Source: a phage
Length of the DNA: 64,000 nt
Sequence record: PZ171032.1
Reading direction: 5' to 3' (one strand)
Shown: piece after piece, positions 37,501 through 46,846 of the stretch
Position numbering within the stretch: position 1 is the first letter of the stretch
How the letters are laid out: each line of letters begins with the position of its first letter
Translations under genes and position numbers: made by a program
Notes under the pieces: generated by a model
What the model saw: the letters and a program-made list of their open reading frames with translations, nothing else
What the model was told of the DNA's origin: nothing
The model's database searches: none

Positions 37501-38732
37501 CTCATTTCTTGGCCCACTATACCAATACTTGGAAGGTTCATTGTAACGTAACGACCAGGTTTAAATTTAAAACCTCGCATATTGCAGGTGACTTCAATAA
37601 TCCTGCCAGCTCTAGCGCGTCTTAAGAAGATTGCAGAAACACGCTGAGCTTGATAAGGACTGGTAACAAAGCGATAGTCTATATCGATTATCTTTCTTTC
37701 TCCATCCTTCTCTATCCACTCTGGGACAAACACTGATGGAAAATCTGTTTCAGAATACCCTTTGGTCGGACTAGTGAATCTGCCAGTTATTGTGTTGGAT
37801 CTTTTGTCAAATGAGGCTTCCGGATAGATCTTGACCTCACCACAGACACAATCCTCACTCAGCGTCATTGTTGCCGGGCCATAGTATGCACCAACCAGCA
37901 AACCATACTTACCAGCTACATAGCTGAGATCTGCGCCACAAGCTTTCAGCATTTCTGCCATAATGCTTGCCGGAGCCTCGTCCATGTCAAACTCGCCATT
38001 AATGGTGTATCGGCGCTCACTGGTTCCGTCTGCGTTTTTTACCGCCTCGTCGCATATGTTAGCAGCCTCCTTGAAGGACTCCCAGTTGATGGTTTCGTCA
38101 GGACATTTAAGGTACGTTCTTAAATAGTCTAGAATCACCAAGGACGCGTTATTGGTATACACCTCTTTACTGATGCGAGGATCATAGCATTTTTTACCAA
38201 CCTTGACGAGTGTAACGTTTGGCAACCCAAAAGGAAACTTGTTAGGGTCGAACTTGAAGCTGGCACGTAGCCAACTGATCCCTCTACCTATCATGTCTGG
38301 TGACCACGATGGGCAGTGTGTCCCCATGAAAGGATCAGCCGTTTTTCTGTCGTTATGTAACTCCCACGATACCAAATCTCCATACGAGGAAATAGGATTA
38401 CCATCGACAAGTATATCTTCTATACCTTCCAGAGGGTGATTGGCAAGAACAATAGCACAATGGAGGGTTTTGTCTCTATCCTGCTCCAAAAACGCAAGCA
38501 ATCCAGATGTGCGTGTCTTTCCATACACTACAGAGCAAGGTGCAGCAGAAGATCTGAGAAGCTTTTGTCTATCTTGCTGACTTCTGTAAGATTTGTTGCC
38601 CTCAAAAATCTTATCCAGAGTTCTGGTGGTAACAGTGTTCAGGCTGTCAGCCAGAGCTGCCTTGGATGCGTTCCAGTCATAACTTGAAGATCTTGCAGAA
38701 GCAACGATGTTATCAATCATTGCAATTGGCAT
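34587..38732 (-). CDS. large tail fiber protein (1381 aa) with central coiled-coil repeat shaft
   Basis: Central ~300 aa of ~44-aa tandem repeats ('LIxSTNKxTTDLLNxKTEALDxKL...GEL'); C-terminal Gly/Asn/Thr-rich region; large structural ORF in the fiber cluster. Confidence 0.7.
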   Translation of the reverse strand: MPIAMIDNIVASARSSSYDWNASKAALADSLNTVTTRTLDKIFEGNKSYRSQQDRQKLLRSSAAPCSVVYGKTRTSGLLAFLEQDRDKTLHCAIVLANHPLEGIEDILVDGNPISSYGDLVSWELHNDRKTADPFMGTHCPSWSPDMIGRGISWLRASFKFDPNKFPFGLPNVTLVKVGKKCYDPRISKEVYTNNASLVILDYLRTYLKCPDETINWESFKEAANICDEAVKNADGTSERRYTINGEFDMDEAPASIMAEMLKACGADLSYVAGKYGLLVGAYYGPATMTLSEDCVCGEVKIYPEASFDKRSNTITGRFTSPTKGYSETDFPSVFVPEWIEKDGERKIIDIDYRFVTSPYQAQRVSAIFLRRARAGRIIEVTCNMRGFKFKPGRYVTMNLPSIGIVGQEMRVLEWEFTKKGGVKVKLRQDAKEWNDATGQLPDSGNVDIPISPSGVAQPQNFRYSVLQAGEVTHGVLAWDNVGTYAQNIVQVRKNGEIVWTAQTVEQFVRVEGLTKGSYTATVVATSYKGGVSPEAYCEFNIQAPEAPVSVEVKQGYFAITLIPHSRDLASVSTQYDFWTSGMTRLPDTSDATVTSNATRMGVGSTWTSEGLQNDKVYYWYIRTTNAFGSSQFVECAARCYTSIEDLMPQIDAEFKKTETYKELMSTLDSSIEEVENRVTELNRYMDGRVDEAFDHMEGEFSRVDKLYAQLGDRVGIFIQETHDNFQDVNGTLTTLDQKLVATQNKFANDLSKESGKLTSLIQTTNKATTDLLNQKTEALDEKIVSTRGELEDALAQESSELNSLIVSTNKTTTDLLNRKTEALDSKLTATKGELTNNLQNESAKLSSLIESTNKSTTDLLNKKTEALDEKLVAAQGELTEQIGDVEKGYLAGDKSLEGKLNTQRSELDASILSTNQATVDLLNRTSETLDQKISQTNATVSKNYTTLDGKINTAKSDLNTLISTTNKATTDLLNQKTAALTEQLTTAKGQITTNTNNITGLDNKLTQTKKDLSANISETNNATVDLINGTASAIRQELAVAKQEIIDGVGDVSEIRAAVATTSKAVTDLEGKVNAQWGTKIQVDSAGNKYVAGIQLGMEGSGGQVQSYFMVSANNFAVYNPGNGTATLAFAIKNNQAFLKDAFIENGTISSAKIAQEISSNNYDGNGYHKYGWYINKNGHAQFMDVWVKGNINASSGNFTGAVNATSGTFRGDVYANNGSFRGTIDATGGTFRGRVEASVIRANQFEGAIVAHRTYGDCAPVYNSQQRVCRWRWRYVDNVSGQGKNVTFFFKLNGTLASSQLNVWIAGHQILAGKKYGNDNNGMCAVGITGLGEQTIDIVVEIYTPWSTSSVTGVAISCPTVVVSRSNSSFQGPWNESHD
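35590..36490. repeat. imperfect tandem repeats (~132-nt period) encoding the coiled-coil shaft
   Basis: About six degenerate copies of the motif gttttctgatt-aacagatc-gttgt-gc-ttgttgg visible in the nucleotide sequence; boundaries approximate. Confidence 0.6.
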
Positions 38733-39169
38733 TAATACCTCCAGACATCAACAACGATAGAATCTTTCATATCGAACATAAAGACCCCTTTATCACCTTT
38801 CGCCCAAATCTGGTTGTTCCAGAACACACCAGCGGTGAGCCCGTTCAGACCCTCGAAGATAACAATATCGCCACGCTGAACCTGTTTAGGAGTATCTAGT
38901 CGAGTCATAAAGAGATCAAAAATAGTAGGCAGGTGTGTGGTTTTGAAACGGAGCATGCACCATCTTTTGCTTTCCAACTCTGTTTTATACGTTCCTTCGA
39001 AGTTAGAAAGAAAATCTGTTCCGTATTGGGCATCAACACACTTAGCTGCAAAGGTGCAGCAATCGTGGAATCCCCATTCAAAAGGTATGGTGGCCTCTTC
39101 GTCAAACACTTTCCACAATCTTTCTTGCCAATCCACTAAACGAGGGTGTGTGCTCATTAAACCTCCCAA
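38732..39169 (-). CDS. hypothetical tail-associated protein
   Basis: 145 aa; 'WGFHDCCTFAAK' looks superficially like a Cys-peptidase motif but no matching catalytic His was found; stop overlaps the fiber start. Confidence 0.45.
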   Translation of the reverse strand: MGGLMSTHPRLVDWQERLWKVFDEEATIPFEWGFHDCCTFAAKCVDAQYGTDFLSNFEGTYKTELESKRWCMLRFKTTHLPTIFDLFMTRLDTPKQVQRGDIVIFEGLNGLTAGVFWNNQIWAKGDKGVFMFDMKDSIVVDVWRY

Positions 39170-39723
39170 ATGATCGGGCGGCTCGCCACCTGATCCACAT
39201 ATTTAAAAAATCTGTCATTATCGTTTCTTGAGCTGTGGCTTTCCTCCGTGTACCGATAAGGAAAACCTCTTAACCAGCTGTTGAAGATGGAAGAGATGGA
39301 TATGGACAAAGCACTATTCTCACCTGTCTGAATAGCCATATCTGTTATAAGTCCGTCAAACAAGCCATTAGTTGTAACAGGTAGACCATTCTCCATAGCG
39401 GTAATGTACAACGTGGCACGACAACCAGAATACTCCGTCTTCAGCAGATCACCCACATACTTAGGATCAAACCCGTTTAATGTTGCTACCACAGATCCGA
39501 AGTTGGTGGCATCTTTCTCAGACACAGCAGTTAATGTTGCTGATCCCCCTATCCCTATAAAATGTTGCCCCTCAATTACTACAACACCAGTGCCTGAGCA
39601 CACTCTGACAGTTCCTGTCGGTAGCTCCAGCTTTGCAGCAATTAAGATCTCAACACCATCAAGCTCCAGCTTTTCAAGAAATAAATTATCTAATGGCGCT
39701 CTGATCATCTTAGAAATCCTCAA
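39157..39723 (-). CDS. hypothetical tail-associated protein
   Basis: 188-aa ORF co-transcribed with the fiber genes. Confidence 0.5.
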   Translation of the reverse strand: MRISKMIRAPLDNLFLEKLELDGVEILIAAKLELPTGTVRVCSGTGVVVIEGQHFIGIGGSATLTAVSEKDATNFGSVVATLNGFDPKYVGDLLKTEYSGCRATLYITAMENGLPVTTNGLFDGLITDMAIQTGENSALSISISSIFNSWLRGFPYRYTEESHSSRNDNDRFFKYVDQVASRPIIWEV

Positions 39724-40300
39724 AGAAGTTGATAACTATATTATCACCTTTTTGCATAGCATCGACTTTTTGCTTAATTTTATAAATATCTCTGATATGA
39801 AACCTACCCTTCGGGGATTGAGTTATTATCTTCATAGTGTCCCCTGCGGCAATAGGTTTTCTAAGTCTTGGAGATATGCTTATAACAGCAGACCCAACAC
39901 CATCGCTACGCACTGGAGCTGTTACCACTTTCAATTCATCATTGACAGATATTTTATCCCCAGCTCTGGCTATGTCTCTGTTTGGCTCCCACCCAACCGT
40001 CTTCAAAAAATCGTCGTTACCAGTAGGCCCAAGGGCGATTGGCTCATTAGCTGTTACCGAGTGACCGTAAGTTTTAATAAGAAAGATGTTCCCATCTTTA
40101 TACACCTGATCAACAAAGCTCTTAAGCTCTAGCAACTGTGACTCGCTGATATTGGAAACCGTCAAAGTGCCTTTCCAGTTGGGTGTGGCATAGGTTACTT
40201 TTTGCGTTTTACCTGTAAACGGACTTTTAAACGTAACAATATCTGCCAGCAGCTCCAATCTAATATCTGGAAGGTATCTAGGCCTTTCCCATAAAAACAT
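39710..40300 (-). CDS. hypothetical tail-associated protein
   Basis: 196-aa ORF, first gene after the 40373 terminator and promoter. Confidence 0.5.
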   Translation of the reverse strand: MFLWERPRYLPDIRLELLADIVTFKSPFTGKTQKVTYATPNWKGTLTVSNISESQLLELKSFVDQVYKDGNIFLIKTYGHSVTANEPIALGPTGNDDFLKTVGWEPNRDIARAGDKISVNDELKVVTAPVRSDGVGSAVISISPRLRKPIAAGDTMKIITQSPKGRFHIRDIYKIKQKVDAMQKGDNIVINFFEDF

Positions 40301-40331
40301 TGTGCCTCCAGGTTAAACAATCATGATAATT

Positions 40332-40360
40332 ATTTTACCAGATTTTGAGTTAATACGCAA
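40332..40360 (-). promoter_or_regulatory. sigma70-like promoter with extended -10
   Basis: On the minus strand: -35 TTGCGT, 17-bp spacer, TGG-TAAAAT (reverse complement of 40332-40340). Confidence 0.4.
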
Positions 40361-40372
40361 TACAAACAAAAA

Positions 40373-40392
40373 GCCCCCGCCGAAGCGAGGGC
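40373..40392 (-). terminator. rho-independent terminator
   Basis: gcccccgc-cgaa-gcgagggc hairpin (one mismatch) followed on the minus strand by TTTTTGTTTG. Confidence 0.5.
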
Positions 40393-40399
40393 AAAACAG

Positions 40400-43300
40400 T
40401 TACTTCAGTTTCTCTTGCAACCCAGCAACAACCTCTGTCAATTTTTTAACCTGCTCCTCAAGGGCAGTTATTTTATCGTCCTGTTCCCTGCAAACCTGGA
40501 CAAGCAAGCCTGTTACAGCTGCGTAATCCACGCTGTAGAATCTTTCCTCTGTTATTAAAGGAGTTCCATCCTGATCAGGGTTTGGGATTTCCTTGCTTTG
40601 CACGAAAGAGCTAACTGCTTCCGGCAGCGCTTCAAGCACTTCTTGTGCTATAACACCTGCATAAGGCATACCATTCTCTTTTAAAGTGTAGGTATAGCCC
40701 TTCATCTTCCTGATAGCTTCTAACGCGTTAGGAATAACCTCTATGTTATCCTTCAGGTCGCGGTCAGAGTTTTGGTTCACAGATACACAGTTCACTGCAC
40801 CGTTTACAGAAAGGTATCTTGATTTATCTGGCAAGGTACCACAATGCCATACCCAATTTGATTGAGAATCGTCAAGAACCTTAAACTCCAACACGTTTGG
40901 ACGATTTCCTGTACTGCCGTTGCCCCAATAGTGCATATGAGCGCTATTCGCAGGCATGTTGCCACCGTTATTAGTAACATGGCTTCCAGAAATATATACC
41001 TTTAACTCTGAGGTCGGTATTTCCCCTTCGGGAGTTGTTCCTCCATATCTGAAGCTAACACCATTGCCACCTGTTTGGGTCCACGGGCCCCAAGTGAAGG
41101 TTTGTCTCACCATATTACCATAACGTATAAATCTATCGCCGTGATAGGTAATATACTCTTGAACACACCCATTACCGTTATTGGCGTTATTCTGCAACAC
41201 AATAAGTGTTCCAGCTTCATTTACCGGATAATGACGATCATATGTTGCATCATTATTTGCCGATTGATGGTAAATGCCTTCCCACAACCCATTATAGGTG
41301 TCAAGGTCTGAGGTACCGAGACCCTGACCCCTGTGCTGCATAGCTTTATTCCAGGGGTGGTGATTACCGCCTTCTATAGACCTGGTGTATAAGTTACTTT
41401 GTCTGCCAGCAATCTGGAAAGCGTAGTTTCCCGAGAATCCTACAGATAAACCTCCTACAACCATGGTGTCTTGTGGACCGTTAACATTACCAGCCATTAT
41501 TTTTGACGGGTTATTAGGCCCGAACTGGTTGTTCCAGTCTCCACCAGTATGACATACAAAACCACCTGGGGCTGAAAAAGTACCATCCTTATTGAAGTTG
41601 TAGAATCTATGAGCTGTGCCCACAACATCTCGAACAATAACTTGACCAGCCTCTGGAGTAGACCTGAACTCTGCTTGACCTTTAAGGCCAGCACCATTAC
41701 CGCATTTAGAGGTAAACGTGCCGTTAGTTAGATCCTCTGTTCCATCTGATGCACACTGGAATCCTGCGTTAGAGAATAGCGCCTTTCTAGGACCACTGTA
41801 GCACAAATAGTCAAAACCGTCAGCCCATAGCTCTACTTTAGGCATGTTCATTTTGCTCATTATCGCATAGCGTTCAGCAGTGCCTATATAGTGCCACTGT
41901 GTGCCGCCGCCAGTGTAGAACCCTGAAGTCCCTTTGAAGTCAACAATAGGTCTAGTGTTGGTATTGTTATCTCCAAGAACAGCCAGATTTAAATCTGCTG
42001 ACTGGAGAGGTGCAACGAACTTAACACCGTCCTGATTGTTTGTTACAGAGCCGACTTGATAATCTTGCTCTCTGGTAAACACTTCGACAACATTTCTACT
42101 TGCGTATATGCTGACAGGGAAAGCACGAGCCTCTGCATAGAAAGCAACATACTCTTGTTTACCCCTTGTTGGAGCAACCATCCCAAGAAGTGCTTTTTCA
42201 TTTTGATAGAAATTCACTACCCCGTAGAAAGAGTCCCCTCTATCTGTCCAACCACCAGTTCTATAGTGACACTGTAAGGTGGCGCAGTTCATAGGGTCAC
42301 CGCCGGATGACGATCTGGTGACTAGGGTAATATCAGTGCCAGTTGCTGGAGCATAATACGGATCTGTTCTAACGATGATTGGGTAGTATTTCCCATCTTC
42401 CATCCCTGCAGTTCTTGGCAGTGTTAAGAAATCTTTGACACCCGCAGCTATAGGAACTTTGAACAGATTCTGAGCATCTGCCAGGGTTGTAGCCCCTGTA
42501 CCACCTGCTGCATGAGGTAAAGGTTCCCACTTAGCCTTCCGGTTGTTATAAACACCCCACTCCAGACTTCCGTTACCGGATTCGTCCATCCCACCATCCC
42601 AGATAACCATCTTGGCGGCTTTCTTGGACCCCCAGAAGCCTCTTTCTGCTCCTGAACTACGGATCCACTCTCCAAGTCCCCAGTTTGTCAGCTGACCAGT
42701 AAGATCCCCAACCTGCATGTATTTAGGGCAGTCTAATACACCGTCTTCGCGGAAACCTAGATATCTATGAGTTTCAGATCCTTTTGCACCTTTGTGCAGG
42801 TGGATTGTCAACCAAGCTTTATTGTCGTTTCTTACCTCAGAGTAGATCCTATATCCATGCTCAAGGACACCGTCAGCGCTATATTTGTCCCCGTTAACAA
42901 TACCGGATGCTGACTTAACATCAGCAGAACTTTGAGACAGGTAAAGGTGCCCGAAGGTAGGGGAGTTTCTAGACCCGAGACCGATGTGCGATCTAAAGGT
43001 ATCATCGTTACGAGGTCTGACCATCGGCTGCCATGAAGTCCACTGGTTTGTGTTGGCCTGATAGGTTCTCAAATACCAAACATCTACGTTAGAGAATGGA
43101 TAGTATTCCTGACGACAGCCTGTACCGCCGTTAGCATTGTTCTGCCAAACAATCAAGTGACCAGCACCAGAACCTGCAGGGTAACCATTTGCCTCGGTTG
43201 CATAAGCAGTCATCGGCTGATAGTATACACCATCCTGATTACCAGTCAAGTTATTGATATTGAAATTTGGCTCAAGGGCTGCACGTTGCTTATAGAAAGC

Positions 43301-44212
43301 CCCTAAGTTAATGCGTGCACCTGCGGCATCTCTGGCCCCAGTACCGCCTTGCTCTATAGCAAGAGGTTGCCACGAAGCTGTTTGTTGGTTCCACATGCCC
43401 CAACGGCCTGTTGCATCAAGCTGCAAGTACCCTGCTGTGTTTAAATCATCTCCAGCACGGATAACTGTTCTTGTTGGGTTGTTTGCCTCTAGGCGTTTAA
43501 ATTCATCACGAAGTGCTATTCTTTTTGTTGTTGCTACACCGTTGGTTACTGCAATGGTATACATGGCTCCGGTGGTAGCGCCACGGAAAATACCATCAAC
43601 AGTTGTAGTATCACGACGAGATACCACACCATTCAGAAATTTTTCACCAGCTGCTACAGAAGGGTAGTTGGTAGTTCTTCCCTCTTCAATAACTGCAGGA
43701 CCAACAAAGTTATCAAGGTGAATAACATCACCTACAGTGTGCACTGTACCAAAATCTACACGCTGTGCAAGTGCTTTAGCATCGTTAGCTGTCTGAACAG
43801 TAACATCCATTACATCCTGGACAGACTGCCCTTCGGCTGTCATAATCATAGATGCACCAATGGTAGATTCCAGCTCCTCCCTTAGGGACGGGTCAGTATA
43901 TACCATCCATGCAGCGTCAGTAATCCCACCATCTGAGTACGGTGAAGACAATGCAGGAACAGTGTGTGGAAATTCGCCTTTCCAACGCAGGTAGAGGTCT
44001 TCCTCTTCGAAGTAGGCAAAATCCATTGGGCCGTTTAACTTACCACCTTCCTTAAAGGAGATTACATGAGAAACAGTCCCATCAACATGGACAACATCGC
44101 CAATTTTTACACGACGGGTCAGGTCTGGTTGTTGAACAACCAGGTAATCATCCTCTGTCACTGCGGTAGTGGCAGGAAGAGATTCAATTCTGACAACTTT
44201 AATATCAGCCAT
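40400..44212 (-). CDS. tail fiber/tailspike (1270 aa) with C-terminal intramolecular chaperone domain (peptidase S74-type)
   Basis: C-terminal 'NQNSDRDLKDNIEVIPNALEAIRKMKGYTYTLKENG...AGVIAQEVLEALPEAV' matches the autoproteolytic chaperone signature (SDxRxK ... GxIAQEVxxxLPEAV); N-terminal ~100 aa homologous to the 46847..47515 product. Confidence 0.85.
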   Translation of the reverse strand: MADIKVVRIESLPATTAVTEDDYLVVQQPDLTRRVKIGDVVHVDGTVSHVISFKEGGKLNGPMDFAYFEEEDLYLRWKGEFPHTVPALSSPYSDGGITDAAWMVYTDPSLREELESTIGASMIMTAEGQSVQDVMDVTVQTANDAKALAQRVDFGTVHTVGDVIHLDNFVGPAVIEEGRTTNYPSVAAGEKFLNGVVSRRDTTTVDGIFRGATTGAMYTIAVTNGVATTKRIALRDEFKRLEANNPTRTVIRAGDDLNTAGYLQLDATGRWGMWNQQTASWQPLAIEQGGTGARDAAGARINLGAFYKQRAALEPNFNINNLTGNQDGVYYQPMTAYATEANGYPAGSGAGHLIVWQNNANGGTGCRQEYYPFSNVDVWYLRTYQANTNQWTSWQPMVRPRNDDTFRSHIGLGSRNSPTFGHLYLSQSSADVKSASGIVNGDKYSADGVLEHGYRIYSEVRNDNKAWLTIHLHKGAKGSETHRYLGFREDGVLDCPKYMQVGDLTGQLTNWGLGEWIRSSGAERGFWGSKKAAKMVIWDGGMDESGNGSLEWGVYNNRKAKWEPLPHAAGGTGATTLADAQNLFKVPIAAGVKDFLTLPRTAGMEDGKYYPIIVRTDPYYAPATGTDITLVTRSSSGGDPMNCATLQCHYRTGGWTDRGDSFYGVVNFYQNEKALLGMVAPTRGKQEYVAFYAEARAFPVSIYASRNVVEVFTREQDYQVGSVTNNQDGVKFVAPLQSADLNLAVLGDNNTNTRPIVDFKGTSGFYTGGGTQWHYIGTAERYAIMSKMNMPKVELWADGFDYLCYSGPRKALFSNAGFQCASDGTEDLTNGTFTSKCGNGAGLKGQAEFRSTPEAGQVIVRDVVGTAHRFYNFNKDGTFSAPGGFVCHTGGDWNNQFGPNNPSKIMAGNVNGPQDTMVVGGLSVGFSGNYAFQIAGRQSNLYTRSIEGGNHHPWNKAMQHRGQGLGTSDLDTYNGLWEGIYHQSANNDATYDRHYPVNEAGTLIVLQNNANNGNGCVQEYITYHGDRFIRYGNMVRQTFTWGPWTQTGGNGVSFRYGGTTPEGEIPTSELKVYISGSHVTNNGGNMPANSAHMHYWGNGSTGNRPNVLEFKVLDDSQSNWVWHCGTLPDKSRYLSVNGAVNCVSVNQNSDRDLKDNIEVIPNALEAIRKMKGYTYTLKENGMPYAGVIAQEVLEALPEAVSSFVQSKEIPNPDQDGTPLITEERFYSVDYAAVTGLLVQVCREQDDKITALEEQVKKLTEVVAGLQEKLK

Positions 44213-44226
44213 TCTTTCTCCTGAAA

Positions 44227-44243
44227 GGGGGCAAACAGCCCCC
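44227..44243 (-). terminator. intercistronic hairpin (attenuator/terminator-like)
   Basis: gggggc-aaaca-gccccc hairpin immediately after the upstream stop codon; followed on the minus strand by TTTCAGGAGAAAGAATG (Shine-Dalgarno and start of next gene). Confidence 0.4.
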
Positions 44244-44247
44244 TATG

Positions 44248-46845
44248 TTAAAGGTACAATCCACGGTATTGAGCATAGAGGCCCAGACCGCGAAGGATTT
44301 CGCCAGAGTGATAGCCTACCGGATCAGAAACTGCCCAGCAGCCGTTTAAAACATTATCCCCATTAATGAAGTGGTGCTTTTGCAGTAGCTTCACACAGGC
44401 TTCTACAACAATGTCTATTTGAGGTATTGTCTCTGAATACCCGCACAGACCTAGCCAGCAGCAACCTGCAAGCCATTCACCTACCACCCACATCCTGTCT
44501 CCTCTGTCTTGATAAGAATATCCCCCAGAGGTGTTAAAGTCTGTAGGCAGATTTCCTGAATGAGATGACTGGAATCTGTTGAGGAACCATGCCCATTTCT
44601 GGCAGAACAGGAATAGTCTTTCATCAACAGGTTCTTTATGTTTCTTGAGCTCATATATTGTGCGGCACGCAGCAACAAAAGATCTTGACTGGAGCTTAGA
44701 GTTATCTACCATCTCCCACCAACCAGCCAACCCTTCATTACCTCTTTGCCATACATAACGTGAGGCAACTGGACCCTCTGTCTTAAATGTATTGTTATAC
44801 CAGACTTGAGCGTCATACAGAAAGCCTATTGTATTTGACAATCTATGGCGATCTATGTTTTCTGCACCCATGCAGTAGACTGCTGGGTATTGCATGCCAG
44901 GATAGGGCCAATTTGGCCTTTCCTCTAAAAGATAGTTTTCCTTATCTATTACCTTTCCGGCAGGGAACACACCTGGTGTGTGCCTGTATGCACCTTGCTT
45001 GTAGTTTCTGACATAGCAATCGCCAACCTTAGCGGTTGATTCTGTCTTGCTTGCCATCCACACGCTAAACCAGATTAGATAAGCATCTCTATCTGCAATA
45101 TAGAATTGCGGCAGCGTGTTGACGCAATACAGATCAAACAAGCCATTACCTATCTGCCTGTCGCTTAGGCTGAAATCTACAGAGGTGAGCCCCTTAGGAT
45201 TAGCAAAGAAAGGTTTAATCTCTTCTTCGGTGTGATGAGGTTGTGTCGGATCTAGTTTGAAATCTCCTAGAGTAAGAGTTTCTGTTATCCATTGTCCATT
45301 AGTGGCATATAGATCAGCATACCATAACCACCTGTCTTTGTCAAGAAATTTGACCCTTACCATCTCATCATCTGATCGATAAGTTACTGAGTTTAAAGAA
45401 ATCTCTCTCCCAAAATTGAAAGTTACTTTACCTCTTGCTATATTACAACGGGTGAAGTTGTCAGAGTGGTTGTAAATGTCTGTATCATACTGCATACTAA
45501 CACTAGCGCCACCGCTTACGGCAATGTTTTCCTCTTTAGGTAAGAGATACGGATTACCGTCTTTACCAACTACCTCTACGAAATCAGTAACCTTGGCAAC
45601 TATTTCTGTTACCTCTGCCCCTCCAAAAGGAACCCCTATCCTGTACTGTTTTTTGTTATTGTTGCCATCATTAAGGATGAAATGTGGCTGGAACAGAACC
45701 CCTTCTCCTCCGAAATTCATAACAATTTCAGCATCTCTGCCTATTTTGTATGTAGTCCCTTTTTGAATTATTTCGCAAGGCTGGCGTGCGTTCATTCTAA
45801 AATTGATATACCCGTCACTGTCCCTGCTCATGACAGGAACTGTTCCTGCAACAAGACAAGCACCATCTGTAAACGGTGCCTTAACCAACGTGGTCTTTCT
45901 AAACAGTTTGTCGTAGGCGTTTATGTCACTGAAATTAAGCAACTTGTTGTAAGACTGTTTAAACGCGGTGTAATACTTTTCCTCACCTGTCAAGGTGTAG
46001 AGTTGATAACAAGCGTCACACCACATTTCTTCCCCGTCCAACTCTGGGGCCTGATTATCTGCAACCACGTTTATAGGATTTACAATTACAGGGGATCCTG
46101 CAGGTATCACCGATCCACCCTGCTCTTGAGGTAATCTCACACAATAGGTTACCTTGTGGCTGCCTGTAACACCCTTATCTTGTAATTGGATTGTGCCGAA
46201 CTCTACAGACGTATGACCACTATCGGCTATGCTACCGTTAGCCCAATAGCGGTTACCATCCCATGCTATATACCACTCAACCCACCAACTTAATCCGGAT
46301 GTTGTCCAATCCGGGTTAGCATCTGTGCCGCCGTAAACATCAGAGTCTACAGTGTTTCTTCCTAACACACCGTTATACGCTTGGAATGCCTTGTCCAGGT
46401 ATTCCCCCCATGTCGGAGATCCAGCTGGGATTTTTCCTCTACCATTGGTAAAAGACACCACCACATCTTTAAACCCACCATGTGATGGAACCCCATCTGT
46501 GGATAGAGGGTAGTGGGACAATCTTTGCATTTTACTTTCTACTGCATATGCACCCAGAAGATGGCTATTGTAAGCTTCCCAAGCATCTTTTGCCCTATCC
46601 AAGTAGAAATCGCTTTTCGATGCCCTGTATGCTTCAATGTACCCCAGAATCAACACAGCTTGGGACTCATGCATTGCCCAATCATTATTTATCTTATTAC
46701 CTGACCACCCTGCAGCTATAAGACCATCAGGGTTTACTAGCTTATTTTGTGTAGGGGTGTTGGTAATACCTGTGTTGTTATCGAGGCACTTCCTGTGCCC
46801 CTCAATCATCTGAAATACGTTATCAATGTTGTGTTGAATACGCAT
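44248..46845 (-). CDS. tailspike-like protein with probable enzymatic (glycosidase/depolymerase-like) domain
   Basis: 865 aa, Trp/Tyr-rich ('SWWVEWYIAWDGNRYW', 'VGEWLAGCCWLG'); lacks its own N-terminal anchor; its start (ATG at 46843-46845) abuts the upstream adapter stop codon (46847-46849). Confidence 0.55.
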   Translation of the reverse strand: MRIQHNIDNVFQMIEGHRKCLDNNTGITNTPTQNKLVNPDGLIAAGWSGNKINNDWAMHESQAVLILGYIEAYRASKSDFYLDRAKDAWEAYNSHLLGAYAVESKMQRLSHYPLSTDGVPSHGGFKDVVVSFTNGRGKIPAGSPTWGEYLDKAFQAYNGVLGRNTVDSDVYGGTDANPDWTTSGLSWWVEWYIAWDGNRYWANGSIADSGHTSVEFGTIQLQDKGVTGSHKVTYCVRLPQEQGGSVIPAGSPVIVNPINVVADNQAPELDGEEMWCDACYQLYTLTGEEKYYTAFKQSYNKLLNFSDINAYDKLFRKTTLVKAPFTDGACLVAGTVPVMSRDSDGYINFRMNARQPCEIIQKGTTYKIGRDAEIVMNFGGEGVLFQPHFILNDGNNNKKQYRIGVPFGGAEVTEIVAKVTDFVEVVGKDGNPYLLPKEENIAVSGGASVSMQYDTDIYNHSDNFTRCNIARGKVTFNFGREISLNSVTYRSDDEMVRVKFLDKDRWLWYADLYATNGQWITETLTLGDFKLDPTQPHHTEEEIKPFFANPKGLTSVDFSLSDRQIGNGLFDLYCVNTLPQFYIADRDAYLIWFSVWMASKTESTAKVGDCYVRNYKQGAYRHTPGVFPAGKVIDKENYLLEERPNWPYPGMQYPAVYCMGAENIDRHRLSNTIGFLYDAQVWYNNTFKTEGPVASRYVWQRGNEGLAGWWEMVDNSKLQSRSFVAACRTIYELKKHKEPVDERLFLFCQKWAWFLNRFQSSHSGNLPTDFNTSGGYSYQDRGDRMWVVGEWLAGCCWLGLCGYSETIPQIDIVVEACVKLLQKHHFINGDNVLNGCWAVSDPVGYHSGEILRGLGLYAQYRGLYL

Positions 46846-46846
46846 C

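Noticed and set aside
38732-39169. NlpC/P60 or CHAP cysteine peptidase assignment for the 145-aa protein
   Set aside because: A 'HDCC' segment resembles the catalytic Cys motif, but I could not find the partner His in the expected GD-hydrophobic context, so the call stays as hypothetical.
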